Made by a program: the position numbers and the translations under genes | Assembly (NCBI GenBank): GCA_965223155.1 | Contig: CBDCVR010000014.1 | Location: 448,001 to 512,000 of the forward strand | Direction: 5' to 3' | Length of the DNA: 64,000 nucleotides | Origin: Candidatus Multivoradales bacterium | GTDB taxonomy: Bacteria; Acidobacteriota; Thermoanaerobaculia; Multivoradales; JAHEKO01 | The notes under the pieces: generated by a model | Database searches by the model: none | The model's input: only the letters and a program-made list of their open reading frames with translations | Told to the model about the DNA's origin: nothing | Shown: one piece after another, positions 10,248-19,214 of the stretch | Layout: each line of letters begins with the position of its first letter | Numbering within the stretch: position 1 is the first letter of the stretch

Positions 10248-11339
10248 ATGAGCGTGGAGGCGCTTTTCGAAGCACTCGAGGGCACTCGGGCCGGACAGCT
10301 CGTGGCCGGCAACCCCTGGGTCCGGGCTCTGGCCGTCCTGATGCTGGCGGCGATTCTGGCCAAGCTCGTCGATTTCGTCATCACCCGCGGCATCATGGCC
10401 TGGACACGGCGCACCAAGACCGAGCTTGACGACCGTCTGATCGCCGCCCTCCACCGCCCGGTCTTTTGGACCGTGGTGTTGATGGGAATTCGCTACGCCA
10501 CAGCGTCACTGGCACCGGAAGGAATCTGGGCCGTCTCGGTCCGGCCCATCCTGATCACGATCGCCATCGTGCTCTGGGCCTCCTTCACGATCCGGGCGGT
10601 CACCCTGCTGCTCGAAGCCGCTAGCGCGTGGGAGGACCGAGCAGCCTACGTCGAGCCCCGGACCCTGGCCCTCTTCCAGAACAGCGCTCGGGTCATCCTG
10701 TTCGCGGCCGCGATTTACCTGATGCTCCTGGCCTGGGGTATCGACGTCAAAGGCTGGCTGGCCACGGCCGGAGTGCTGGGCATCGTGCTGGGCCTGGCGG
10801 CCCAGGACTCCCTGGCGAATCTCTTCGCCGGCATCTCGATTCTCGCCGACGCGCCGTACGAGATCGGAGACTTCGTGGTCTTGGACAGCGGCGAGCGTGG
10901 CCGGGTGGAGAAAGTCGGATTGCGCAGCACCCGGCTGCTGACCCGGGACGACATCGAGGTCACCGTCCCCAACTCGGTGATCGCCCAGGCCAAGATCATC
11001 AACGAGAGCGGCGGGCCGTGGGAGAAGGAGCGCATCCGCGTCAAGGTCGAGACCGCCTACGGAGTGAACGTCCCCGACATTCGCTCGACTCTCCTCGAGA
11101 TCGCGCGCGAGAACGACTACCTCGCGGAGGAGCCCGAACCCCGCGTGCGCCTTCGCGGACTCGGGACCTCGGCCCTGGAGTTCGAGCTCCTGGGCTGGAT
11201 CGACGAACCGGTGCTGCGCGGCCGCGCCCTGGACTCGCTCTACGAAGAGGTCTACGACCGCTTCCGAAGCGACGGCATCGAGATCCCCCATCCGAAACAG
11301 GACGTCTACCTGCGCCCCGTCAAGGGCCAGGAGAGCTAG
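10248..11339 (+). CDS. MscS-family mechanosensitive ion channel
   Basis: Multiple TM helices, GLAAQDSLANLFAG, PYEIGD, G.VEKVGLRSTR, VPNS, GIEIPHP. Confidence 0.92.
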   Translation: MSVEALFEALEGTRAGQLVAGNPWVRALAVLMLAAILAKLVDFVITRGIMAWTRRTKTELDDRLIAALHRPVFWTVVLMGIRYATASLAPEGIWAVSVRPILITIAIVLWASFTIRAVTLLLEAASAWEDRAAYVEPRTLALFQNSARVILFAAAIYLMLLAWGIDVKGWLATAGVLGIVLGLAAQDSLANLFAGISILADAPYEIGDFVVLDSGERGRVEKVGLRSTRLLTRDDIEVTVPNSVIAQAKIINESGGPWEKERIRVKVETAYGVNVPDIRSTLLEIARENDYLAEEPEPRVRLRGLGTSALEFELLGWIDEPVLRGRALDSLYEEVYDRFRSDGIEIPHPKQDVYLRPVKGQES

Positions 11340-11436
11340 GAACCTAGTCGAGGATGCGGGCAGCCTGGCACCCGCATCCCGACGGCCCGGGCCGCCAGCC
11401 CGAGTGCGTCGCCACAATCGCCAGCGCGAGGGCTGG

Positions 11437-12129
11437 CTAAGCGCCCACCTTGATCAGCTCGACGTCGAACACCAGGACCGCGTTGGGACCGATCTGAGGA
11501 GCCCGGCCCCGGTCGCCGTACGCCAGCTCGCCGGGGATCCAGAGGCGCCACTTGGCACCTTCCTTCATGAGCTGGAGGGCTTCCACCCAGCCTGGAATGA
11601 CCCCGGTCACCGGGAAGGTCACCGGCTCACCGCGCTCGTACGAGCTGTCGAAGACGTTCCCGTTCAGAAGCGATCCCTGGTAGTGAACCGTCACATGGTC
11701 CGCCTCGGTCGGGCTGGCGCCAGTGCCGGCGGTCAGCACTTGGTACTGCAAGCCGGACTCCGTGACCACCACCCCATCCAGCTTGGCGTTGGCCTCGAGC
11801 GCGGTCGCGCCCTCTGCCAGGTTGCGCCGGCCCAGCTCGGCCAGCATGGCCTCGGCTCGGGCCTTGACCTGGGCATCGAGCTCGCGCAGAGCCGCCGAAA
11901 CCTCTTCTTGCGTCAGCAGACTGGCCTCTCCGGCCAGCGCATCGCGGACGCCCTGAGCCAGGAGCTCGACGTTGACGGCCACCTGCTGCGCCGCCAGGCG
12001 CTGGCCCAGATTGAGACCGATCCCGTAGCTCGCGCGGTCGGCCATGGACTCGGGCTTTTCGGCCTGGGCGGCGAGCTCGCCGCCGGCCAGAAGGACAAGG
12101 GAAGCAATTGCGATAGGGATGATTTTCAT
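11437..12129 (-). CDS. fkpA: FKBP-type peptidyl-prolyl isomerase (FkpA/Mip type)
   Basis: Signal peptide, SYGIG, TESGLQY, VTVHYQG, FDSSYERG, VIPGWVEALQLM, IPGELAYG. GGAG RBS. Confidence 0.9.
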   Translation of the reverse strand: MKIIPIAIASLVLLAGGELAAQAEKPESMADRASYGIGLNLGQRLAAQQVAVNVELLAQGVRDALAGEASLLTQEEVSAALRELDAQVKARAEAMLAELGRRNLAEGATALEANAKLDGVVVTESGLQYQVLTAGTGASPTEADHVTVHYQGSLLNGNVFDSSYERGEPVTFPVTGVIPGWVEALQLMKEGAKWRLWIPGELAYGDRGRAPQIGPNAVLVFDVELIKVGA

Positions 12130-12192
12130 GGGTTTCTCCATAGGGAATCGTGGCAAGCGGACCCGGAGGAACCGCTCAGAGGCATTTGTGAG

Positions 12193-14730
12193 TCAGCGTG
12201 GCACGTAGCCGCGCAGCGCCCGGACCTCGTGTCCGGGGCGATCGACGGCAACCGTAACGGTTCGGAACTCCTCGCCCTCGGTCTGGGCGGGCTGATAGGC
12301 CAGGAAGTACTTGGATCGCATGTCCTGTTGCACCGAGGTGTAGACGGCATCCAGCTCGGAGACGTCGTCCACAAGAAAGGCCCTGCCCCCGGTCTCCTCG
12401 GCCAGGCGCACGAGTTCGGCCTTGCCGCGGCGGGTCATGCCCTGACGCAGACCGAGAGTGTAGACGGTGACGCCGCTGCGCAGAGCGTACTCCCGGACCT
12501 CCTCGAAAGTAGTCCGGCTGCGGCGATCCTCACCGTCGGAGAGGAGCAACAGCGCTCGCTGCCCCTTGAGGCCGCGAAACGCGTAGAGTGAAAACAGGAG
12601 GCTGTCGTAGAGCGCGGTGCCGCTGCCGGCGCGCAGCCCGGCGAGGGCGCCGGTCAAGACGGTGACGTCGTTGGTGAAGGCGGCCGCCATCCGCGGCTTC
12701 TCGTCGAAGGTGACAACCGCCGCCCGATCCTGGGACCGCACCGTCTGCTTCAAGAACCGCACCGCCGCTTCCTTGACCGGAGCCAGCCGTTCGGCCATCG
12801 AAGCCGACGTGTCGATCATCAGGCCGACATGGATGGGCAGATTCTCCAGCTCTTCGAAGCGCACCAGATCCTGCCGGACGCCGTCCTCCAGCACCTGGAA
12901 CGCCGACTCGGCAAGGTCTCGAACCGGCCGGCCGTTGTCGTCCAGGACGGTGGCGAAGACCTCGACCAGGCGCACGTCGACCTGCTCGAAGAAGCCGCCA
13001 TTCACGACCGAGACGGCCTCGGTCGAGTTGCCGTCCTCCAAGAACGCCTCAGCCCGGATGACCGTCAGGCTCTCGGAGGCCAGCTCGACCTCGACCGTAA
13101 ACGGCTCCTGGTACAAGGTGGTTACCCGCCGATCGTCGATGAAGAACTCGACGCGGTCCAGGCCCGCGTCGGCCGGAACTTCGACCGCGGCTCGGACCCG
13201 CACTCGCTCGGAGTGCTCCGATCCCGGCCGCGGCTCAACCAGTCGCAGCACGAAGGCATAGTCTCCGGCATTGACTAGGAGCTCATCGGTGGCGATCTCG
13301 CGTCCCTCAGCGTCATAGGCGATCGCCCGCACCGCCAAGGTATCCAAGTCTCCCAAGGCCAGGTCCACGCTGAAGGGCGGCCGGGTCTTGGTCAAGATCA
13401 CCCGATCTTCGAGCAAGAACGTCACCTTGTCGGGCTCGGTTCCTTCGATCTGGGCCGAGAACCGAGCATAGCCCCGCTGCAGGTCCTTGCCCTCGCCGGT
13501 GAGGCGCAGGCTCGTGCCGGCAGCAGCGGCGGGCTCCGGCCCGTCCGTCGCGACCTCCTCCGCGGCCGGCTCCGCGGGCCGGCCGCGGAGGGCCGGCACT
13601 TCGATTTCCCGCTCCTCGCGGTGGACGCCGCCGCCCACGATGTCTTGGAGCTTGACCACGAGACGGTAGTTCCCGGGCCGGAGCCAGCGCTCGAAGACCA
13701 CCGGCAGAGCCCCCTCGGAGCCGATCGTGGGCTCGGCCACGTCGAACACCATCTTGAAGGACTCGAACAGCTCCTCGCCGCGGAGCACTTCGCCTGTGAG
13801 GGCAAAGTTGTAGCTCGTTCGATCGCCCAGGTTCTGAACCTGGGCGCGCTCGGCCGGCACCGCCAGAAGTCCCCGAACCACCGTCCGCTGCTGGTGGCGT
13901 CCCGGGTACTCGAGCGACAGCTCCGCCTCGAGGGCGGGAGCCGCGGGGTCGGCTTCGGTCGAAAACGCGTGAAAGCTCGTCAGCCACTCCGGATCGGCGT
14001 TCTGGGGCCGCCGCGTACTGGCCAGGATCTCCGAATCGCCACGCTGGCGGTAGATCTCCAAGGTGTTGGTGATCATGGCAATGAGCTCGCTCGTTTCGGT
14101 GCAACGTCGTTCCAGGTATTCGGGGAAGGTCGCCACGGACGGACTCCCGGCGCCAAGAGCCGTTGCCCGCCACTGCTGGTAATCGCGGGGATTCACCATC
14201 AGGACCTCGTAGCCGTCGGCGGGCCGCCACAGCCGGAAGGGACCGGTATCGAACTTCTGGAAGAAGACAAGCACCGTCCGGCTCTTGGTGTGCGCGCTGT
14301 AGTTGTAGATCCAGAACTCGAGCGGCCACAGGATGCGGCCGCAGCTGGTCTCGATGACCGAGCTGGGCTCGCCATTGAGGGCATAGACGCGCTTGCGATC
14401 GTCCGAAGCCCATTGGTAGCGCTCCCGCGCCTCCTCCAGCCGCGCCAGAAAGGCTCCCCGAAACGGATTGTCGGGGGTTGTCGGATCGGGATCTCGAGCC
14501 TCCCAGAACTCCCGGATGAAGGCATCGCGTTGATAGTCCTTCTCCAGCTCGAGAAAGGCCTTGCGTTCCTTCTTCGAGATCAGGTAGTCGACGTCTTCGA
14601 GCCACTGCTGGTACTTCTCCGGCAGATCCCGGACCTTGACGGCGTAGACGGCGCCGGCGCCCAAGACCACACCGAGGACGGTCACCAGCACCGTTCCTGC
14701 CACGAGTTGCCGACGGATCGAGCGGAACAT
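12193..14730 (-). CDS. GWxTD-domain + Ig-like + VWA (Acidobacterial VWFA) exported protein
   Basis: YQQWLEDVDYLISKKE...FIREFWEARDPDP.T..N.F...QWASDDRKRVY..NGEP, then Ig-like repeats (KVTFLLEDR, RVEFFIDDR), then VWA DTSASM, TALYD, LLSDGED, LAEETGG. Confidence 0.85.
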   Translation of the reverse strand: MFRSIRRQLVAGTVLVTVLGVVLGAGAVYAVKVRDLPEKYQQWLEDVDYLISKKERKAFLELEKDYQRDAFIREFWEARDPDPTTPDNPFRGAFLARLEEARERYQWASDDRKRVYALNGEPSSVIETSCGRILWPLEFWIYNYSAHTKSRTVLVFFQKFDTGPFRLWRPADGYEVLMVNPRDYQQWRATALGAGSPSVATFPEYLERRCTETSELIAMITNTLEIYRQRGDSEILASTRRPQNADPEWLTSFHAFSTEADPAAPALEAELSLEYPGRHQQRTVVRGLLAVPAERAQVQNLGDRTSYNFALTGEVLRGEELFESFKMVFDVAEPTIGSEGALPVVFERWLRPGNYRLVVKLQDIVGGGVHREEREIEVPALRGRPAEPAAEEVATDGPEPAAAAGTSLRLTGEGKDLQRGYARFSAQIEGTEPDKVTFLLEDRVILTKTRPPFSVDLALGDLDTLAVRAIAYDAEGREIATDELLVNAGDYAFVLRLVEPRPGSEHSERVRVRAAVEVPADAGLDRVEFFIDDRRVTTLYQEPFTVEVELASESLTVIRAEAFLEDGNSTEAVSVVNGGFFEQVDVRLVEVFATVLDDNGRPVRDLAESAFQVLEDGVRQDLVRFEELENLPIHVGLMIDTSASMAERLAPVKEAAVRFLKQTVRSQDRAAVVTFDEKPRMAAAFTNDVTVLTGALAGLRAGSGTALYDSLLFSLYAFRGLKGQRALLLLSDGEDRRSRTTFEEVREYALRSGVTVYTLGLRQGMTRRGKAELVRLAEETGGRAFLVDDVSELDAVYTSVQQDMRSKYFLAYQPAQTEGEEFRTVTVAVDRPGHEVRALRGYVPR

Positions 14731-14884
14731 TGCGCTTCCCATCTTGCCATTTTCGTGCCACGGCACCAATGAGAAGCCCGCGCCGTCCCAGGCCGGCCAG
14801 GCCCGGCCCGATCGGGACCGCGGCCGCTCTCGGCCCCGTCTCGGCCCCGTCTCAGACGCCCCGGAGGACTGCTAGACTGCCGGC

Positions 14885-16525
14885 GTGCTCAAGCTCAGAA
14901 TCGACTCCGCCGACGGCGAGAGCTTCGAACACCTGGTCTCGGGCGACGAGTTGACGGTCGGCCGAAGCTCCACCGCCGACCTGTCCCTACCGGACCGCTT
15001 CTTATCGCGCCTGCACGCGCGTTTCGCGCACCGGGGCGACGCCTGGGAGGTCGAGGATCTGGGTTCGCGCAACGGCACTTTCCTCAATGGCGAGAGGCTG
15101 ACGAGGGCGGCCGCGGTCTCGGTCGGAGACGAGATCCGGGTCTCGGGCTGCGCCCTGCGGGTCCTGCCCGAGGCCGGAGACAGCCGGGTGGACACCTCCA
15201 CCGAATGGGGCGCGTCGATCTTCATGTCCGCCTCCGATCTGCTGGCCAACGACTCGGCCGTGGTCTCGGAGGACTCGCCCGACGCGTTGCTGGAGCGGGC
15301 CTCCCGGCTCCGGCTCCTCAACGAGGTCCACCAGGCTCTCAGCACGCCAATCTCTCAAGACGACCTGTTGCAGCTCATCCTGTCCAGCGCCTTCGACCAG
15401 ATCAAACCCGAGGAGGGAGCGATCTTCTTGAAGCACGAGGACGGCACCTACGAGCGTGCCGCCAGCCGCACCGGCGAAGAGGACACCCGCGAGCATCTGT
15501 ACTCGGAAACCTTGCTGCGCGAGGTCGGCGACAAGGGCCTGGCGGCACTGGTCTTGGACGCAGGCACCGATGAGCGCTTTCGCGACGCGCAGAGCATTCT
15601 GACCTCGGGCGTGCGCAGCCTGGTGGCCGCCCCCCTCATCGACCAGGAGGGCTCCCTGGGCCTTATCGCCCTGAGCTCGAGCCTCCATCGCAAGCAGTTC
15701 ACCGAAGACGACATGGCGCTGTTGACCTCGCTGGCCTCGGTGGCGGCGATGCGCATTCGCAATCTGGCGCTTGCCGTCCAGGCGGCCGAGCGCAAGCAGC
15801 TTGCCCAGGAGCTGGAACTGGCCCGCAAGATCCAAGTCGGACTGCTGCCGAGCGAGCTGCCCCAGGTCGAGGGCTACGAGCTGGTCGGCCGCAACCTTCC
15901 ATCGCGCGGAGTCTCCGGCGACTTCTTCGAGATCGTCGACCGGGGCGGTGACTGCTTCGTCTTGGTGGCCGACGTCTCGGGCAAGGGCATCGCCGCGTCC
16001 CTCCTCACTGCCTCCCTCGAAGCGCTGGCCGCCGGTCTCATCGAGGATGGCCGGGCGCCCGATGAAGTCTGTGGGTTTGTTTCGTCCAAGCTGTTTCAGC
16101 GGACGCCGCCGGCCAAGTACGCCACGGCTTGGCTAGGAGCCCTGGATCCGGCCAGCGGCGAGCTTCGCTACGTCAACGCCGGCCACAACCCGGCTCTCTT
16201 GGTACGGGCATCGGGCGAGATCGAGGAGCTCGGCTCCAACGGCTTCCCGGTGGGACTGGTCGAGACCGCCGAGTACTCCACGGCCTCGGCCAACCTCGAT
16301 CCTGGTGACCGGTTGGTCGTCTACACCGACGGCATCACCGAAGCCACCGAACGCGAGGACGCCGACGAGGAGTTCGGCACCGAACGCCTGGCCGAAGCCT
16401 GCCGGCAGAACCTGGAAGCGGCAGTCGAAGACCTTGCCGACACCATAGAAGCCACGCTCGAGGAGTTCACCGGCGGCAAGCCCGCCGAGGACGATCGGAC
16501 CCTGGTGATCGTCCACCGCTCGTGA
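14885..16525 (+). CDS. FHA-GAF-SpoIIE (PP2C) Ser/Thr phosphatase
   Basis: FHA VGRS..SRLHA..DLGSRNGTFLNG, GAF VRSLVAAPL, SpoIIE GDFF, ADVSGKG, NAGH, YTDGITE, DDRT. Confidence 0.92.
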   Translation: MLKLRIDSADGESFEHLVSGDELTVGRSSTADLSLPDRFLSRLHARFAHRGDAWEVEDLGSRNGTFLNGERLTRAAAVSVGDEIRVSGCALRVLPEAGDSRVDTSTEWGASIFMSASDLLANDSAVVSEDSPDALLERASRLRLLNEVHQALSTPISQDDLLQLILSSAFDQIKPEEGAIFLKHEDGTYERAASRTGEEDTREHLYSETLLREVGDKGLAALVLDAGTDERFRDAQSILTSGVRSLVAAPLIDQEGSLGLIALSSSLHRKQFTEDDMALLTSLASVAAMRIRNLALAVQAAERKQLAQELELARKIQVGLLPSELPQVEGYELVGRNLPSRGVSGDFFEIVDRGGDCFVLVADVSGKGIAASLLTASLEALAAGLIEDGRAPDEVCGFVSSKLFQRTPPAKYATAWLGALDPASGELRYVNAGHNPALLVRASGEIEELGSNGFPVGLVETAEYSTASANLDPGDRLVVYTDGITEATEREDADEEFGTERLAEACRQNLEAAVEDLADTIEATLEEFTGGKPAEDDRTLVIVHRS

Positions 16526-16873
16526 CGGCCGAACCCAGCAAGACCCGGCGTGGCGCCACCGAAGTCGCCTCCTGCTTGACTTGGCTGGATCCGCGCTCGC
16601 TGGCCATCTTCCGCGTCGCCCTGAGCTCGGCGGGCGCTCTTGCGAAACGTCCTGAGATCGGTTGCCGGACAGCCGGTTGGGCGTGCTAGAATCCTCAAGT
16701 ACTGCAAGGCCGAAAGGGCAACGCAGGACCTCGTACGGAATACGAAATCGGGTCGGTCGACGTCGCCCTAGGAATCGAACGCCGTTTGATCTAGGATGGG
16801 TCACCGAGCCACAACCTGGAGGGATCTTCTCGTAGAGAGAGGGACTTCCGAGACGAAGACGGAAGGAGTTTGA

Positions 16874-17167
16874 ATGAACAAAACGGAAATGGCGGAAAAG
16901 CTCGCGAAGAAGTGCGACATCTCGCAGTCGAAGGCTCTCGAGTGCGTCAACGCGATCTTCGACACCAAGCCCGGTCAGGGCATCATCGCGGTCGAGCTGG
17001 ACGCCGGCCGCAAGGTCCAGATCGCCGGCTTCGGCGGCTTCGCCACCAAGCGCCGCGCTGCGCGTAAGGGCCGCAACCCGGCCACTGGCGAGACCATCAC
17101 GATCCCCGCGAAGAAGTACGCGACGTTCAAGGCCGCCAAGGGCCTGAAGGACCGCGTCTCCGAGTAG
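16874..17167 (+). CDS. hup: HU family DNA-binding protein
   Basis: MNKTEM..., VQIAGFGGF, RAARKGRNPATGETITIPA, FKAAKGLKD. GGAG RBS. Confidence 0.96.
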   Translation: MNKTEMAEKLAKKCDISQSKALECVNAIFDTKPGQGIIAVELDAGRKVQIAGFGGFATKRRAARKGRNPATGETITIPAKKYATFKAAKGLKDRVSE

Positions 17168-17192
17168 GCCGCCGTTCCTCACTGTTTTCGTC

Positions 17193-17229
17193 AAGCCCCG
17201 GACCGCTGTGCGGCCGGGGCTTTCTTTCT
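17193..17229 (+). terminator. Rho-independent terminator after hup
   Basis: AAGCCCCGG...CCGGGGCTT stem followed by TTTCTTTCT. Confidence 0.8.
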
Positions 17230-17255
17230 GCCTACGACTCCGGCGGGCTAGCTCC

Positions 17256-17756
17256 GTGCCGTTCCCCTACTACGCCAAACTGAGCAAAAAACAGCAGGCG
17301 ATCTACCGAGCCAGTGCCGCGATCGAAAGCGTCGATGTTCCGCGCCCGCAGGAGCTGGCTGCCGCGGTCGGCGCGATCGCCGACTCCCTGGCACGCGAGA
17401 ACCGCAGGGATCTAACCCTGGCCGTGCGGGAGCTTTGCGATCGGCTCACTCATCAGCTCGAAGTCTCCGGGGTGACGGTCAGTGTCCTGAGCGCCCGGCC
17501 TAGCGACGACTGGGGCGAGCTTCAGGGCCTTTACGAGCTGGCCGAAGACGGCGAGCCGGCGCGCATCACGGTTTGGATGCGTACCGCGCAGCGCAAGCAG
17601 CCCGTGGCCTTCCGCACCTTCCTGCGCACCCTGCTCCACGAACTCCTGCACCATCTGGACTACGAGCTTCTGGAGTTGAAAGACAGCCTGCACACCGAAG
17701 GCTTCTTCAAGCGGGAGTCCAGCCTGTTTCAGTGCCTGGTCGCAGACTCCGGCTAG
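17256..17756 (+). CDS. Hypothetical protein with HExxH zinc-metalloprotease-like motif
   Basis: TFLRTLLHELLHHLDY...SLHTEGFF gives HExxH plus a downstream His. GTG start inferred. Confidence 0.7.
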   Translation: MPFPYYAKLSKKQQAIYRASAAIESVDVPRPQELAAAVGAIADSLARENRRDLTLAVRELCDRLTHQLEVSGVTVSVLSARPSDDWGELQGLYELAEDGEPARITVWMRTAQRKQPVAFRTFLRTLLHELLHHLDYELLELKDSLHTEGFFKRESSLFQCLVADSG

Positions 17757-17938
17757 CCGGCGTTCGAGTCACAAGGCCGCGAGTCCTCGGACACTCGAGG
17801 CCCGCGACCGGCGTGCGATCCAGGTATCCCTGTCGTCCCGGTGAGACGCTCCACCGCGCGGAGCGACAGGGATCGGACACTTGCGGCCCCTTGGCCGAAG
17901 GTCGCCGAAGACTCCAAGCTATTGAAAAACGCTGGGGG

Positions 17939-18376
17939 CTAGGCGCTCAGCCGGGCGATCAGACGGCGTGCCGAACGCGCCGGAATCGAGACCTCGACGT
18001 TGACGTCGGGCTCGCGCACCTCGACCCGCAACTGTCCGCCTTCCTTCGAGATCCGTACGAAGTCTCCCCGATCCTCGACTTCGATCAGGGTCGCGTCCGG
18101 ACAATCCTCGAGAGCGGCGAGCATCCCGACCAACGCCGGCCCCCACTCATCCAGCTTCAGGTGCACCTCGTCGAGAGCGAGATCAGTGGTCGCCAGGGCG
18201 GCATCTACGACCGCCATCGGAACCGGCACCGCAAAGCTGGGGCCGTGAGCGGCGTCCACGCTCACGGTCATGATGCCGCCGTAGGCATAGACCGTACCGA
18301 TGAGGAGGCCCCAGCCCAGAACACTGAGGCCGAAAGCGACCGCGAGCACGATCAGGACTTTCTTGAAGGTCGTCAT
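17939..18376 (-). CDS. Hypothetical membrane-anchored protein, paralogous to its neighbour
   Basis: N-terminal hydrophobic helix. Motifs VPVPMAVVDAAL, TLIEVEDRGDFVRISKEGG, VEVSIP. AGGAGG RBS. Confidence 0.75.
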   Translation of the reverse strand: MTTFKKVLIVLAVAFGLSVLGWGLLIGTVYAYGGIMTVSVDAAHGPSFAVPVPMAVVDAALATTDLALDEVHLKLDEWGPALVGMLAALEDCPDATLIEVEDRGDFVRISKEGGQLRVEVREPDVNVEVSIPARSARRLIARLSA

Positions 18377-18416
18377 GAGTTCCTCCTGAATCTCTCGGGA
18401 TCTTGACTAGGAGGCG

Positions 18417-19001
18417 CTAGCGGGAGCGAGATTCGGCGATGTCGTCGACCCAGACCCGGACCTTCTCGTCGCCGTCGCGGATCGAAACCAGCTCTCCACC
18501 GCCCTGCGCCACCAACGCTTGCACGGCCTTGTCCAGATCGATCTCGTCACCGGCGAGCAAAGCGTCCACCACCGGCACCGGGATGCGAACATCGACTTGC
18601 TCGTCGCCGAAATCGTCCCGAACCTCGAAGAACACCGTGCCACTCTCTTTCCACACCCGAACCCTCTCCTCGTCCTCTTCGACGGTTACGAAAGTCATGT
18701 CCTCGGCATCACGCACCTCGGCCCACAGCTCCCGGAGGTTCTGGAGGCTCATGGACACGCCGCCGTCGTGATCCCAATGGACGTGCCCCCGGCGCACGTG
18801 GTCAGCGCGAAAGCGGTGAATCGGCAAGAGCGGCACCGCCTTCTCGACGAGGGCAATGGGCAGGTTGACGGTCACCTTGGTGCCGCCGTCGGCTTCGTCC
18901 ACGGTGACGTGCAGCCACAGATCGCTGGCTGCGCGCGCCGACCCAGCGAGCGCCGCGCAGGCGATGAAAGCGCTTAGATATCGACTTGTCTTGGATTGCA
19001 T
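18417..19001 (-). CDS. Hypothetical exported protein with internal repeat
   Basis: Signal peptide (..ARA). Repeated VxVxLP/IP..VV and V.V....E.VRVW motifs. GGAGG RBS before ATG 19001. Confidence 0.8.
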   Translation of the reverse strand: MQSKTSRYLSAFIACAALAGSARAASDLWLHVTVDEADGGTKVTVNLPIALVEKAVPLLPIHRFRADHVRRGHVHWDHDGGVSMSLQNLRELWAEVRDAEDMTFVTVEEDEERVRVWKESGTVFFEVRDDFGDEQVDVRIPVPVVDALLAGDEIDLDKAVQALVAQGGGELVSIRDGDEKVRVWVDDIAESRSR

Positions 19002-19030
19002 CTTCGGTCCTCCACAGTCCGTCCTACCCC

Positions 19031-19060
19031 TTACGACGGGACCGGGGGTCGAAAGGTCCC
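19031..19060 (-). promoter_or_regulatory. Putative ECF sigma-factor promoter
   Basis: Minus strand GGGACC-N16-CGTCGTAA, about 30 nt upstream of the 19001 start. Matches the (G)GAAC-N16-CGT ECF pattern. Confidence 0.5.
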
Positions 19061-19072
19061 GAGTGCGCCAGT

Positions 19073-19214
19073 TCACCGGGATGCAAACCGCAAGACTTTT
19101 CTTGTCGCGCACGTGACGCGACCTCTGCCCCGCCCTGCTACGGGATCACCGGGATGCAAACCGCAAGACTTTTCTTGTCGCAGTGACGCGACCTCTGCCC
19201 CGCCCTGCTACGGG
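19073..19214. repeat. Tandem direct duplication (72 bp + 69 bp) with internal hairpins
   Basis: TCACCGGGATGCAAACCGCAAGACTTTTCTTGTCGC(GC)A(C)GTGACGCGACCTCTGCCCCGCCCTGCTACGGG at 19073-19144 and 19146-19214. The copies differ by 3 missing nt in copy 2. Confidence 0.95.

Noticed and set aside
17826-17873. Stem-loop ATCCCTGTCG...CGACAGGGAT as a possible ncRNA
   Set aside because: It lies between convergent genes and is most simply a terminator-like hairpin. No RNA family signature is recognisable.
19073-19214. Possible mini-CRISPR array or attC cassette sites
   Set aside because: There are only two abutting ~70-bp units with no unique spacer, and no cas or integrase genes in the window.
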